Assembly: GCA_963708025.1 (NCBI GenBank)
Contig: CAVPSB010000025.1
Location: 128,001-192,000, forward strand
Source of the DNA: an uncultured Candidatus Rokubacteria bacterium
Lineage (GTDB): Bacteria > Methylomirabilota > Methylomirabilia > Rokubacteriales > DASRDR01
Direction: 5' to 3'
Length of the DNA: 64,000 bases
Part shown: one piece after another, positions 39,202-48,878 of the stretch
Layout of the letters: each line of letters starts with the position of its first letter
Position numbering within the stretch: position 1 is the first letter of the stretch
Made by a program: the position numbers and the translations under genes
Notes under the pieces: model-generated
Told to the model about the DNA's origin: nothing
The model's input: only the letters and a program-made list of their open reading frames with translations
Databases searched by the model: none

Positions 39202-40774
39202 ATGCCGCGACATCTGTGGCTTCGCATCGCCGTGGTGGTGGCCGTCATCGTCGCCGCCGCGTGGTATCTCTACCCCCCGCGGAAGACGATCAACCTGGGG
39301 CTCGACCTCCAGGGTGGGATCCACCTCGTCCTCGGGGTCGAGGTTGACAAGGCGCTGGCCGGCGCCGTCGAGCGGACGGCGGCCGACCTCCGGGCCGCGC
39401 TCGACAAGAAGGGGATCGGCGCCCAGGTCACGGCCCCGGTCCCGCCCCCGGTCACGCCCCCGGGCGCCTACACCATCCTGGTGACGCTCACCTCGCCCGA
39501 GGCGGCCAAGGACGCGCAGCCCGTGTTCAACGAGTTCACGGGCCTCGCGGTCCGGACGCTGGACGCGGCGGCCGGGCGCTTCGAGCTGACGCTCACCGAG
39601 CGGCGAATCGCCGAGCTGCGTGACAGCTACGTCCGGACCGCGCTGGAGACCATCCGGAACCGCATCGACCAGTTCGGGGTGGCCGAGCCCGACGATCCAG
39701 CGCCAGGGGGAGAACCGCATCCTGGTCCAGCTCCCCGGCATCCAGGATCCGGCCCGGGCCAAGGCCCTGATCGGGAAGACCGCGGTGCTCGAGTTCAAGC
39801 TGCTCGACGAGCAGGCCGACCTCGAGAAGGCCGTCAAGGAAGGGCCACCCCCCGGTGACGACGTGCTGTACGGGCGGCACGTCGACCGTCAGACGAAGGC
39901 GGAGACGAAGGTGCCCTACGTCGTCCGCAAGCGGACGCTGCTGACCGGCGACACCATCCAGAACGCCGAGGTCCGGATCGGCGACTCCGGCGAGCCCTAC
40001 GTGTCGATCACCTTCAACAGCGAAGGGGCGCGGCGCTTCGCCGAGGCCACCGACCAGAACGTCGGCAAGCGCCTGGCCATCGTGCTCGACGGCAACGTCC
40101 ACTCGGCGCCGGTCATCCGCGAGCGCATCCCCTCCGGGCAGGCCCAGATCACCGGCGGCTTCACGCCCGAGGAGGCGCGGGATCTCGCCATCGTCCTCCG
40201 CGCCGGCGCGCTGCCCGCCCCGGTGCAGATCCTGGAGGAGCGGACCGTGGGCCCGTCCCTTGGCACCGACTCGATCCGCAAGGGCATCATCTCGACCCTG
40301 GCCGGCGCGCTGGCGGTCGTGCTGTTCATGATCATCTACTACCGGCTGTCGGGGCTGGTGGCGGACCTGGCGCTCATCCTCAACCTCGTCATCCTCCTGG
40401 CCTGCATGGCCGCCTTCCACGCCACCCTGACCCTCCCCGGCATCGCCGGGATCGTGCTGACGATCGGCATGGCGGTCGACACCAACATCCTGATCTTCGA
40501 GCGCATCCGGGAGGAGTTCCGGCTCGGCAAATCGGTCCGGGCGGCCATCGACGCGGGGTTCAAGCGCGCCTTCACCACGGTCATCGACACTCACGTGACC
40601 GTCGTCGTGTCGGCGGTCATCCTCTACCAGTTCGGGACCGGCCCCGTGAAGGGCTTCGCGGTCTCGCTCATGATCGGCATCCTGGCGAGCCTCTTCACCG
40701 CGGTGTTCTTCACCCGGCTCGTCTTCGACCTCATCTACATGGGCCGCCGGCGCCTCCAGACGCTGAGCATCTGA
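39202..40774 (+). CDS. secD: protein translocase subunit SecD (apparent extra base near 39688)
   Basis: NLGLDLQGG, RNRIDQFGVAEP, then in the next frame IQRQGENRILVQLPG, LRAGALPAP, GMAVD.NILIFERIREE. Confidence 0.93.
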
Positions 40775-40781
40775 GGCCACC

Positions 40782-41729
40782 ATGCTCCAGATCTTCGTCA
40801 GTCCGAAGTACGACTTCATCAGCAAGCGCCGCTGGGCCTACCTGCTTTCGGCCCTGGTCACGCTGGCCGGGCTGGGCCACATCGCCTACAAGGGCGGGCT
40901 CCAGAAGGGGATCGACTTCGCCGGCGGCACCCTGATCCAAGTGCGGTTCCAGCAGGCCACGACCGTCGACGACGTCCGGAAGGCGCTGGACCGGGTCCGG
41001 CTCGGGGAGGGTGTGATCCAGGAGTTCGGCGATCGCCAGGAGTACCTGATCCGCGTCCCGGCGGGGGGTGGCGGACTGGAGGAGGTCTCCAAGCGGGTGG
41101 AGAGCGGGCTGCGCGAGGCCGGCCTGCCCGGCTTCGAGGTCCGGCGCCTGGAGTTCGTCGGCCCCCAGGTGGGGAAGGACCTCCAGTGGCAGGCGGTCCA
41201 GGCCGTGCTGTGGGGCATGGTGGGCATCCTGGCCTACACGGCCTTCCGCTTCGACTTCAAGGGCGGGGTGGCGGCCATCATCGCGCTGATCCACGACGTC
41301 CTGGTCGCCCTGTCCGGCATCTCGCTCACCAACCGGGAGATGTCGCTCCCGGTCCTGGCGGCGCTCTTGACCATCGTCGGCTACTCGATCAACGACACCA
41401 TCGTCGTCTTCGACCGGATCCGGGAGCACCGGAGCCGCGGAGCCCGCAAGGGCGAGACGCTGGCCGACGTCATCAACACCGCGCTCAACCAGACGCTGTC
41501 CCGGACCATCCTCACCTCGCTCACCGTGTTCCTGGTGGTGGCGATCCTCTACGTGTTCGGTGGCGAGGTGCTCCGGGACTTCGCCTTCGCGCTGCTGATC
41601 GGCGTGGTGACCGGCACCTACTCGTCGATCTTCGTGGCCGCCCCCCTCATCGTGGACTGGGAGGCCTGGGTCCAGGCCCGCCAGCGGCACGGCAAGAAGG
41701 CCGTCGCCAAGGCGGGCGCCGGCCGGTAG
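40782..41729 (+). CDS. secF: protein translocase subunit SecF
   Basis: GIDFAGG, VGPQVG, GYSINDTIVVFDRIRE, TLSRTILTS, GTYSSIF. Confidence 0.95.
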   Translation: MLQIFVSPKYDFISKRRWAYLLSALVTLAGLGHIAYKGGLQKGIDFAGGTLIQVRFQQATTVDDVRKALDRVRLGEGVIQEFGDRQEYLIRVPAGGGGLEEVSKRVESGLREAGLPGFEVRRLEFVGPQVGKDLQWQAVQAVLWGMVGILAYTAFRFDFKGGVAAIIALIHDVLVALSGISLTNREMSLPVLAALLTIVGYSINDTIVVFDRIREHRSRGARKGETLADVINTALNQTLSRTILTSLTVFLVVAILYVFGGEVLRDFAFALLIGVVTGTYSSIFVAAPLIVDWEAWVQARQRHGKKAVAKAGAGR

Positions 41730-41854
41730 GCCACCGAGAATCTCCGACCGAGTCGTCCCCGGGGCCTCTGGTCTCGAACGGGACGCGTCCGCGTGCCTCA
41801 GAAACCGGCTCCCCCGGGCGACCGGGAGGCGATACACTAGAAGGCTACACCGCC

Positions 41855-44002
41855 ATGCGGACGCTCGGCGAGCTGCTCTCGGAGATCCCCCGCTACCAGC
41901 CCGGGGCCGACCTGGACCTGGTCCGGCGGGCCTACGCGTTCTCCGAGGAGGTCCACGACGGCCAGCGTCGGATGTCCGGCGAGCCCTACCACGTCCACCC
42001 CCTGGAGGTCGCCGGCCTCCTGGTGGACTTCAAGATGGACGTCACCACGGTCACCGCCGGCCTCCTCCACGACGTCCTCGAGGACACCGCCACCAGCAAG
42101 GACATCCTGGCCGAGCGCTTCGGCGCCGACATCGCCGAGCTGGTGGATGGCGTGACCAAGATCGGCAAGCTCGCGTTCGCCAGCCGCGAGGAGCGCCAGG
42201 CGGAGAACTTCCGCAAGATGCTGGTCGCGATGGCCCGGGACATCCGGGTCCTCATGATCAAGCTGGCCGACCGGCTCCACAACATGCGCACGCTCGAGTA
42301 CCTGCCGAGCGACAAGCGGCGCAAGATCGCCCAGGAGACCCTCGACATCTACGCGCCGCTCGCCCACCGGCTCGGCATGGCCAAGGTCAAGGGCGAGCTG
42401 GAGGACCTCGCGCTGAGGGTGCTTCACCCCGAGGCGTATGACGATCTCCAGCGGCGCGTGGCCAAGCGGCGGCTCGAGCGCGAAGCCGAGATCAACCAGG
42501 TCATCGCGATCCTGTCGAAGAAGCTCGGCGAGGTGGGCATCCAGGCCCAGATCACCGGGCGGCCCAAGCACTTCTTCTCGATCTTCAAGAAGATGCAGCA
42601 GGGCCGGGAGTTCGACGAGATCTACGACCTGACCGCCGTCCGGCTCCTGGCCCCGACGGTCCGCGACTGCTACGGCGCGCTGGGCGTCGTCCACTCCCTC
42701 TGGAAGCCGGTCCCCGGGCGGTTCAAGGACTTCATCGCGATCCCGAAGTCCAACATGTACCAGTCGCTCCATACCACCGTGATCGGCCCCAAGGGCGACC
42801 CGATCGAGATCCAGATCCGGACGCCCGAGATGCACCGGATCGCCGATGAGGGGATCGCGGCCCACTGGCTCTACAAGGAGAAGCGCGGCAAGGACGGCTT
42901 CGACCAGGCCTTCGTCTGGCTGCGCCAGCTCCTCGAGTGGCAGCAGGAGATGAAGGACCCCCGGGAGTTCATGGAGACCGTCAAGGTCGACCTGTTCCCG
43001 GACGAGGTCTACGTCTTCACGCCCAAGGGCGACGTGAAGGCGCTCCCCGAGGGCTCTACCCCGATCGACTTCGCCTACGCGATCCACACCGAGGTGGGCA
43101 ACCACTGCGTCGGCGCCCGGGTGAACGGCAAGCTGGTGCCGCTCCGGCAGCCGCTCCGCCAGGGCGACATCGTGGAGGTCGTGACCTCCCCGACCCAGAA
43201 GCCGTCCCGCGACTGGCTGAAGGTCGTCCGCTCGACCCGGGCCCGCTCGAAGGTCAAGCAGTGGCTCCGGACCGAGGAGCGGGCGCGCTCGGTGATGATG
43301 GGGCGGGAGCTGCTCGAGCGCGAGGCCAAGAAGCACCGGCTGGCCCCGACCACGCTGCTGGAGTCCGCCGAGATGGCGAAGCTGGCGGTGGAGCACGGCT
43401 ACTCGACCGTCGACGATCTCCTGGCCGGGCTCGGTTACGGCAAGACGTCGGTCCAGACCGTGATCGCGCGCTTCCTCCCGGCCGAGACCCAGGCCGAGAC
43501 GAAGCCCGAGCCGGCGCGACCCACGAAGGCGCTGGCCCGGTCCCGCGGGGAGTCCGGCATCACGCTCAAGGGCGTGAACGACGTCCTGGCCCGCTTCGCG
43601 AAGTGCTGCACGCCGGTGCCCGGCGACCCGATCGTCGGCTTCATCACGCGGGGCCGGGGCATCACCGTCCACACCCGGGACTGCCCGAACCTGGCGGCGG
43701 GCGCGGTGGAAACCGAGCGCACCGTCGAGGTCGAGTGGGACATCGCCGAGAAGCTCCCGCTACCGGTCAAGATCGCCGTGTTCATCGGCCGCGACCGGCC
43801 CGGCCTGCTCGCCGAGATCTCGACCGCCATCTCCTCCCGGCAGGTCAACATCGTCAAGGCGGAGGTGACGGTCACCGAGGATCGGAAGGGCATCAACCAC
43901 TTCACGGTGGAGGTGGCCGACCTCGATCAGCTCCAGGGCGTGATGGGGGCGATCGGCGCGATCAAGGACGTGATAGGCGTCGAACGAGTCCGTGGTCTGT
44001 AG
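41855..44002 (+). CDS. rel: bifunctional (p)ppGpp synthetase/hydrolase (long RSH)
   Basis: H.GQ.R.SGEPY, LLHDVLEDT, KLADRLHNMRT, GRPKH, YQSLHTT, EIQIRT, TGS, AKCC.PVPGD and ACT domains. Confidence 0.95.
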   Translation: MRTLGELLSEIPRYQPGADLDLVRRAYAFSEEVHDGQRRMSGEPYHVHPLEVAGLLVDFKMDVTTVTAGLLHDVLEDTATSKDILAERFGADIAELVDGVTKIGKLAFASREERQAENFRKMLVAMARDIRVLMIKLADRLHNMRTLEYLPSDKRRKIAQETLDIYAPLAHRLGMAKVKGELEDLALRVLHPEAYDDLQRRVAKRRLEREAEINQVIAILSKKLGEVGIQAQITGRPKHFFSIFKKMQQGREFDEIYDLTAVRLLAPTVRDCYGALGVVHSLWKPVPGRFKDFIAIPKSNMYQSLHTTVIGPKGDPIEIQIRTPEMHRIADEGIAAHWLYKEKRGKDGFDQAFVWLRQLLEWQQEMKDPREFMETVKVDLFPDEVYVFTPKGDVKALPEGSTPIDFAYAIHTEVGNHCVGARVNGKLVPLRQPLRQGDIVEVVTSPTQKPSRDWLKVVRSTRARSKVKQWLRTEERARSVMMGRELLEREAKKHRLAPTTLLESAEMAKLAVEHGYSTVDDLLAGLGYGKTSVQTVIARFLPAETQAETKPEPARPTKALARSRGESGITLKGVNDVLARFAKCCTPVPGDPIVGFITRGRGITVHTRDCPNLAAGAVETERTVEVEWDIAEKLPLPVKIAVFIGRDRPGLLAEISTAISSRQVNIVKAEVTVTEDRKGINHFTVEVADLDQLQGVMGAIGAIKDVIGVERVRGL

Positions 44003-44124
44003 CCGGGCCGATGACCGTCGCATCCCGTCGTCCTCGGGCGGCGCCCATCCTCGGCGTACCAGGGCGTACGCCTCCGGTGGGCGCCGCCCTGCGTCCTAGG
44101 GCTGCTCGGTCCTCGACCCGGCTA
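44000..44124 (+). repeat. REP-like family A element
   Basis: TAGCCGGGCCGA...GGCGTAC-cagggc-GTACGCC...CCCTGCGTCCTAG...TCGACCCGGCTA. Confidence 0.8.
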
Positions 44125-44161
44125 TCCACATTCACGACATAGCTGAGACGCACGCCCTCCG

Positions 44162-45019
44162 ATGATGCGGGACGTGGTGACGGTGGCCCCCGGCGTGCGG
44201 ATCCATTACCGGAGGCTCGGGAGCGGCCCCGGGATGGTCCTCCTGCACGGGTTCCCCGAGACGGGGCACATGTGGCGGAAGGTCATGCAGGCCCTCGCCG
44301 ATCGGTTCACCGTCGTCGCCCCCGATCTCCGCGGCTACGGCGACTCCGATCGCCCGGCCGGCGGCTACGACAAGCGGACGATGGCCGCCGACGTCGCCGA
44401 GCTGATCCGCGTCCTCGGGCTGGCGCCGGTCATGCTGGTCGGCCACGATCGGGGCGCCAGGGTCGCCCATCGCTTCGCGCTCGACCACCCGGACCTGCTC
44501 ACCCGGCTGGTCCTCCTCGACATCGCGCCCACCTACGACGTCTTCGCCCAGCTCGACCAGCAGCGGGTGCGGCGCATCTGGCACTGGCTCTTCCACCAGG
44601 TCCCGGACCTGCCGGAGGCGCTGACCGCGGGCCGCGAGGACATCTACCTCCGCCACTTCTACCGGGCCCTGGCGTACAACCCGGCCGCGATCGAGGAGGA
44701 GGCCATCCAGGAGTACGTGCGCTGCTTCCGCCAGCCCGGCGCCATGCGGGCGGCCTTCGAGGACTATCGGGCGGGGGGGTCCGTCGACCTCGAGCACGAC
44801 GCCGGCGACCGCCAGCGCAAGGTGGCCGCGCCGACGCTCGTTCTCTGGGGCCAGAGCCGCACGTCCCAGGCGGCCGACATGCTCGGCGCCTGGCAGGCGC
44901 GGTGCGAGCGCGTCGAGGGCTTCCCCGTCCCCGACTGCGGCCACTTCATCCCGGAAGAGCAGCCGTCGGTGGTCGTCCGCGCCGTCCTCCGGTTCGCCGC
45001 CGAGGGGGCGGCGGCGTGA
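44162..45019 (+). CDS. alpha/beta hydrolase, haloacetate/fluoroacetate dehalogenase-like
   Basis: LLHGFPET, DLRGYG, GHDRGARV, WHWLF, EDYRA, CGHFIPEE. Confidence 0.85.
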   Translation: MMRDVVTVAPGVRIHYRRLGSGPGMVLLHGFPETGHMWRKVMQALADRFTVVAPDLRGYGDSDRPAGGYDKRTMAADVAELIRVLGLAPVMLVGHDRGARVAHRFALDHPDLLTRLVLLDIAPTYDVFAQLDQQRVRRIWHWLFHQVPDLPEALTAGREDIYLRHFYRALAYNPAAIEEEAIQEYVRCFRQPGAMRAAFEDYRAGGSVDLEHDAGDRQRKVAAPTLVLWGQSRTSQAADMLGAWQARCERVEGFPVPDCGHFIPEEQPSVVVRAVLRFAAEGAAA

Positions 45020-45035
45020 ACAGGGGGAGCCGGGC

Positions 45036-45416
45036 GTGAAGCTGACGCGGCGGCAGTTCGAGGCGCTGGTGGATCGGGCCGTCACCCGCCTGCCGCGACG
45101 CTTCCGGGAGAAGCTCGAGAACATCGCCGTGGTGGTCGAGGACTGGGCGGACGAGGCGACGCTGGCCGAGATGGAGATCGAGCCGCCCGACACCCTCTAC
45201 GGGCTCTACCGCGGCACCGACCTGACCCGCCGGGATTCGTTCTACGGGGGCGTGCTGCCCGACGTGGTCACCATCTACCAGGGGCCCATCCAGGAGGACT
45301 GCGACTCGATCGAGGAGATGGAAGCCCTGGTCGTGGACACCGTCGTGCACGAGATCGGCCACTACTTCGGTCTCGACGACGACCGCCTCGAGGAGCTGGA
45401 GTCCGACCAACCCTAA
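45036..45416 (+). CDS. minimal zincin metallopeptidase (DUF1025-like)
   Basis: LYGLYRG, LPD..TIYQGP, TVVHEIGHYFG. Confidence 0.9.
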   Translation: MKLTRRQFEALVDRAVTRLPRRFREKLENIAVVVEDWADEATLAEMEIEPPDTLYGLYRGTDLTRRDSFYGGVLPDVVTIYQGPIQEDCDSIEEMEALVVDTVVHEIGHYFGLDDDRLEELESDQP

Positions 45417-45417
45417 G

Positions 45418-45525
45418 GCCTGCCGCGAAATAACTGTCCCAGGTCATCGGTCGGGCTGCTCAATGATTCCCTCCCACGCCGGCAGGAAACCGAAGGAGAT
45501 CTGGTCCACTTATTTCGCCGCAGGC
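45418..45525. mobile_element. MITE-like element between convergent genes
   Basis: GCCTGCCGCGAAATAA / TTATTTCGCCGCAGGC (15/16 IR), flanked by CTAAG at 45413-45417 and 45525-45529. Confidence 0.7.
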
Positions 45526-47201
45526 TAAGTCCCGAGCGGACGCGGCGTCTCGCCGGCCAGATCGACCAGCCACCGCCGGAGCCGGCGGTGACCCCGCAGG
45601 CGGCGCAGGTACCCGGCTTCGTCGGTTCCGCCCTTCGCCCGGATCGCCTCCAGCAGCGCGCGGCGCTCGCGCGGCCGCCAGGTCTCGAGGTCGGGGATCA
45701 GCGCCAGCACCAGGGCCAGCCGCTCGAGGGCGAGCCGCTCCGGCGGCGGCCACGCCCGCCAGCCGCCCGCGCCCAGCGCCCGTGCCACCCGCGCCGCCAG
45801 GCCGGCCGGACTCGCGTGGCGCCCGGCCGCCGCGGCCGCGGCCCGAAGCCCGAGCCGCCGCACGTCGAGCGCCGTCGCCTGGCCAGGGGCCAGCGTGGCG
45901 ATCATGCCGGCCTCGGCGAGCTGCGCCAGCGTCGCCCGTGGTGAGCGGTAGCCGGGCTCGGCGCGGATCCGCCGCCGCTCGCTCACCGCGAGGCGCGCGA
46001 TGTCCGGCCGTTCCGAGCGGAAGCCGAGCTTGTCGTAGAACCAGAAGGCCCCCGAGTCCAGCGCCTCGTCGTTCTGATAGCCGATCTGGTACCGGCTCAG
46101 CGAGACGACCCGGACGCCGAGGTGCTGGCCGAGGAACGCGAGGAGCCGGACGAAGATGAAGGCCGACTCGCCCTGACGGAAGGTCTCGAAGACGTTGTAG
46201 GCCAGCTCCACGCGCTCGAAGAGGAGCGAGGCGTCGCCATAGCCGACCGGCAGGCCGTTCTTGAGAACCAGGTACCCGTAGTGAGCCCGCAGCGGGAGCC
46301 GGTGTGCCGGCCGCAGGCCGAACCAGGCGATCTGGACGCCGCGCCCGAGATCCGCCACGCGCACGTCGGCCGGCTCGGCGAAGTTGAAGGCGTGGACCTC
46401 GCGGTAACGGACGAGGACCGCCGCCCGGGCGGCGTCGAGGAGCGCCGTCGCCTCGTCCCGTCCGGCCTGGCGGACCGCGACCGGCGCGCCCGGGAGCCAC
46501 CGCCGGAGCCGCCCGCGCACCCGCCGGAGCGGGCCGCGGTGGAAGAAGATCCGCGGCGCCGGCAGCCGGAGCCGCGTGCGCGAGGCGGGGCCGTCGCCGA
46601 GCCGCCAGCGCGTCCGCACGGCCATCGCGTCGTACGCCGCCTGCCGCGCGCCGGCGTCGGGGCCACCCGCGAGGCCGCCCAGGATCGCGGCGAGGTCGCT
46701 GCCCGGGCCCGGCCCCCGGACCGCGGCGAGCCACTCGCGGTAGGGCACGCCCACCTCCACCAGCGCCTCCTCGGCCGCCAGCCCGGAGAGCCAGGGCAGG
46801 AGCGTGCCCACCGCCGTCTCGGTCTCGGCATCCTGCCAGTCCAGCTCGACGGCGTCGGGAAAGCGCGTGGCGAGCCACCGGGCTGCCGCGTACGACAGCG
46901 GACAGTAGAGGGTGGTGCCGGCCATCCCGGTCTCGTCGAGCCGCTCGGGGTGGCCAAGGGCCGCGACGCGGGCGGGGATCGCCGCGAGCGCCTCCTCCAC
47001 CGCGCCGAGCGTCCCGGGCCCGTCCGGGTACGCCCGGAGGAAGCACAGGGCCTCGTGGTAGCGGAGCAGCAGGTCGGGCTCCCGGATCCGGCCACGGGCC
47101 AGCGCGGCTAGCAGCTCGCGCCGGGTCGCACGCTCCGCCGGGCCGAAGCCATTCTTGGTGCGCTCCAGGAGCGCGACCAGCTCGTCGATCCGGGCCGGCA
47201 A
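45525..47201 (-). CDS. hypothetical protein with GNAT-like C-terminal motif; start uncertain (frame open to 47351)
   Basis: Long ORF with coding-like composition; EALDSGAFWFYDKLGFR resembles the GNAT A..FY.KLGF motif. Confidence 0.65.
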   Translation of the reverse strand: MPARIDELVALLERTKNGFGPAERATRRELLAALARGRIREPDLLLRYHEALCFLRAYPDGPGTLGAVEEALAAIPARVAALGHPERLDETGMAGTTLYCPLSYAAARWLATRFPDAVELDWQDAETETAVGTLLPWLSGLAAEEALVEVGVPYREWLAAVRGPGPGSDLAAILGGLAGGPDAGARQAAYDAMAVRTRWRLGDGPASRTRLRLPAPRIFFHRGPLRRVRGRLRRWLPGAPVAVRQAGRDEATALLDAARAAVLVRYREVHAFNFAEPADVRVADLGRGVQIAWFGLRPAHRLPLRAHYGYLVLKNGLPVGYGDASLLFERVELAYNVFETFRQGESAFIFVRLLAFLGQHLGVRVVSLSRYQIGYQNDEALDSGAFWFYDKLGFRSERPDIARLAVSERRRIRAEPGYRSPRATLAQLAEAGMIATLAPGQATALDVRRLGLRAAAAAAGRHASPAGLAARVARALGAGGWRAWPPPERLALERLALVLALIPDLETWRPRERRALLEAIRAKGGTDEAGYLRRLRGHRRLRRWLVDLAGETPRPLGT

Positions 47202-47335
47202 CGGGGGCTTCGGCGGACCCGCTCGCCAGTGCCGGAGCCGGGCCCCGGGGAGGCCGCGGCCGTTAACGCGACGCCGTTTCCGCGACGACGGTTTGACCTG
47301 CGACAACCGTCGTCCCAATCCGGAACGTTTTTTAC

Positions 47336-47400
47336 TTGACACGAGTTTCACTTGCCTCTAGTGTTTCAGCGACTGCTGAAAATGACGGAACAAGTGAAAC
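47336..47400 (+). promoter_or_regulatory. sigma70 promoter with nested inverted repeats (probable autoregulatory operator)
   Basis: TTGACA 47336-47341, 17 nt, TAGTGT 47359-47364; GTTTCACTTG (47345)/CAAGTGAAAC (47391) and inner TTTCAGC-gact-GCTGAAA. Confidence 0.7.
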
Positions 47401-47401
47401 C

Positions 47402-48448
47402 ATGGTCCGTATCAATGAAATCAAGAAGGACGCGGCCCACCGCTTGCGAGAGCTCTTTCCCCGTGCTCAGGATTGGCAGGAGCTTATGGACTCCCGTGTC
47501 GGGGAACAGACGGTCGATCTGCTCGTCCGGTTCCGGATGGGAGCGGAGGTCAAGACGCTGATCTGCGAGGCGCGCCCGGTGGGGCAGCCCCGGTACATCC
47601 GGGAGATGCTGACGCGCCTGCGAGGGCTCCGGGAGCAGGTGCCCGGCGCCTATCCCGTGACCGTGGCGCCGTACATCAGCCCGCAGTCGGCGGCGCTCGT
47701 CCGCCAGAACGGCTGTGGCTACCTGGACCTGTCCGGGAACTGCTACCTGGCCTTCGACAACGTGCTGATCGAGAAGGAGGGCAAGCCGAACGTCCGCCCG
47801 AGCAACCGCCCCCTCAAGACGCTCTTCGCGCCCCGGGCGACGCGCATCGTGCGCGCGCTGCTCGTGGACCGCGACCGGAGCTGGCGGCTCGAGGAGCTGG
47901 GCCGGGCCGCCCAGGTGAGCCTCGGCCACGCGCACAACGTGGTCAAGCGGCTCGAGGACCTCGAGTGGGTGGAGCGAAGCTCGGCCGGCCGGTTCCGGCT
48001 GCAGAAGCCCGGGGAATTGCTCGAGGCCTGGCGCGACGAGTACACCTATCGCGCCAACGGGATGGCCGCCTTCGTGGCGCCGGTGGGCGACAAGCGGCGG
48101 ATCATGGAGAGCCTGGCGCGCCAGGCGGAGGCGCTGGGGTTTCCCTACGCGTTCAGCCTGCACGCCGGGGTCTCCCTCGTCGGACCCCAGGTGCGGGTCC
48201 CCACCGTCCACTGCTACGTCGGCGGCGACCCCGAGGCCATGGCGCGCGCCCTGGGACTCCAGCCCGTGGAAGGCGAGGGGACGGTCTATCTCATGACTCC
48301 GTACGATCAGGGCGTGTTCTTCGCGCCGGTCGTGAAGAGCGGCCTCCGGGTCGTCAGCCTGCCCCAGCTCTACGTGGACCTCTACCACTACGAGCGCCGG
48401 GGCCGGGAGCAGGCCGACAAGCTGCGCCGGGACGCGCTGGGCTTCTAG
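47402..48448 (+). CDS. AbiEi (AbiEi_2/DUF2186-like) type IV antitoxin family regulator
   Basis: APYISP...GYLDLSGNCYL, LFAPRATRIVRALL, wHTH (LEELGRAAQVSLGHAHNVVKRL), ELLEAW, VVSLPQLYVDL....RG.EQA. Confidence 0.8.
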   Translation: MVRINEIKKDAAHRLRELFPRAQDWQELMDSRVGEQTVDLLVRFRMGAEVKTLICEARPVGQPRYIREMLTRLRGLREQVPGAYPVTVAPYISPQSAALVRQNGCGYLDLSGNCYLAFDNVLIEKEGKPNVRPSNRPLKTLFAPRATRIVRALLVDRDRSWRLEELGRAAQVSLGHAHNVVKRLEDLEWVERSSAGRFRLQKPGELLEAWRDEYTYRANGMAAFVAPVGDKRRIMESLARQAEALGFPYAFSLHAGVSLVGPQVRVPTVHCYVGGDPEAMARALGLQPVEGEGTVYLMTPYDQGVFFAPVVKSGLRVVSLPQLYVDLYHYERRGREQADKLRRDALGF

Positions 48449-48524
48449 GGGATCTGATCGGCCCCGCGCCGGCGTGCGCGAATCGGGGCGCGCGCGGCGG
48501 GGCCCGGGAAGGGGGTGAGAACTG

Positions 48525-48560
48525 ATGGCGACCAAGAAGAAGGCCAAGAAGAAGAAGTAG
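48525..48560 (+). CDS. Lys-rich micro-ORF 1 (MATKKKAKKKK)
   Basis: SD AAGGGGGTGA, then ATG...TAG. Confidence 0.7.
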   Translation: MATKKKAKKKK

Positions 48561-48635
48561 AGCCGTGCGACGGCGGAGCGGCCAGCCCGGCCGGCTCCGT
48601 CACTCCGATTCCACGGGAGGGAGGTGAGAGACAGA

Positions 48636-48671
48636 GTGGCGAAGAAGAAGGCGGCGAAGAAGAAGAAGTAG
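48636..48671 (+). CDS. Lys-rich micro-ORF 2 (MAKKKAAKKKK)
   Basis: SD AGGGAGGTGA, then GTG...TAG; followed by a 12-bp hairpin. Confidence 0.7.
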   Translation: MAKKKAAKKKK

Positions 48672-48746
48672 CCCGGTGTTACGGCGGGGAGGGGGTACAG
48701 CCCCTCCCCGCCTCCCCGGTGCTCCCGAAGGGAGGTGAGAGACAGA

Positions 48747-48785
48747 GTGGCGAAGAAGAAGGCCGCGAAGAAGAAGAAGAAGTAG
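48747..48785 (+). CDS. Lys-rich micro-ORF 3 (MAKKKAAKKKKK)
   Basis: SD AGGGAGGTGA, then GTG...TAG; synonymous GCG/GCC difference from copy 2. Confidence 0.7.
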   Translation: MAKKKAAKKKKK

Positions 48786-48841
48786 TGTGGGATCGGGCCG
48801 GGGGCGACTCGAACCCCCGCCCGGCACTTACTCCCGAGATT

Positions 48842-48878
48842 CGGCCGCCGAGGACGGTTGCCACCTCCTCGGCGGCCG
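48842..48878. terminator. 13-bp stem hairpin between the micro-ORF array and convergent rpmB
   Basis: CGGCCGCCGAGGA / TCCTCGGCGGCCG; no clear U tract. Confidence 0.5.

Noticed and set aside
5250-39690. Frameshifts in the ABC ATPase (two), lysE, pafA, prcB, spoIID and secD as programmed frameshifting or true pseudogenes
   Set aside because: Scattered single-base indels, several in short homopolymers, in otherwise intact genes fit consensus sequencing errors better; no shared slippery motif.
48786-48830. tRNA-like GACTCGAACCC motif
   Set aside because: Only a local hairpin; no D arm, anticodon arm or acceptor stem could be built.
48500-48830. Micro-ORF array as CRISPR
   Set aside because: The repeat is SD plus ORF rather than a palindrome, the spacers are hairpins, and no cas genes are present.
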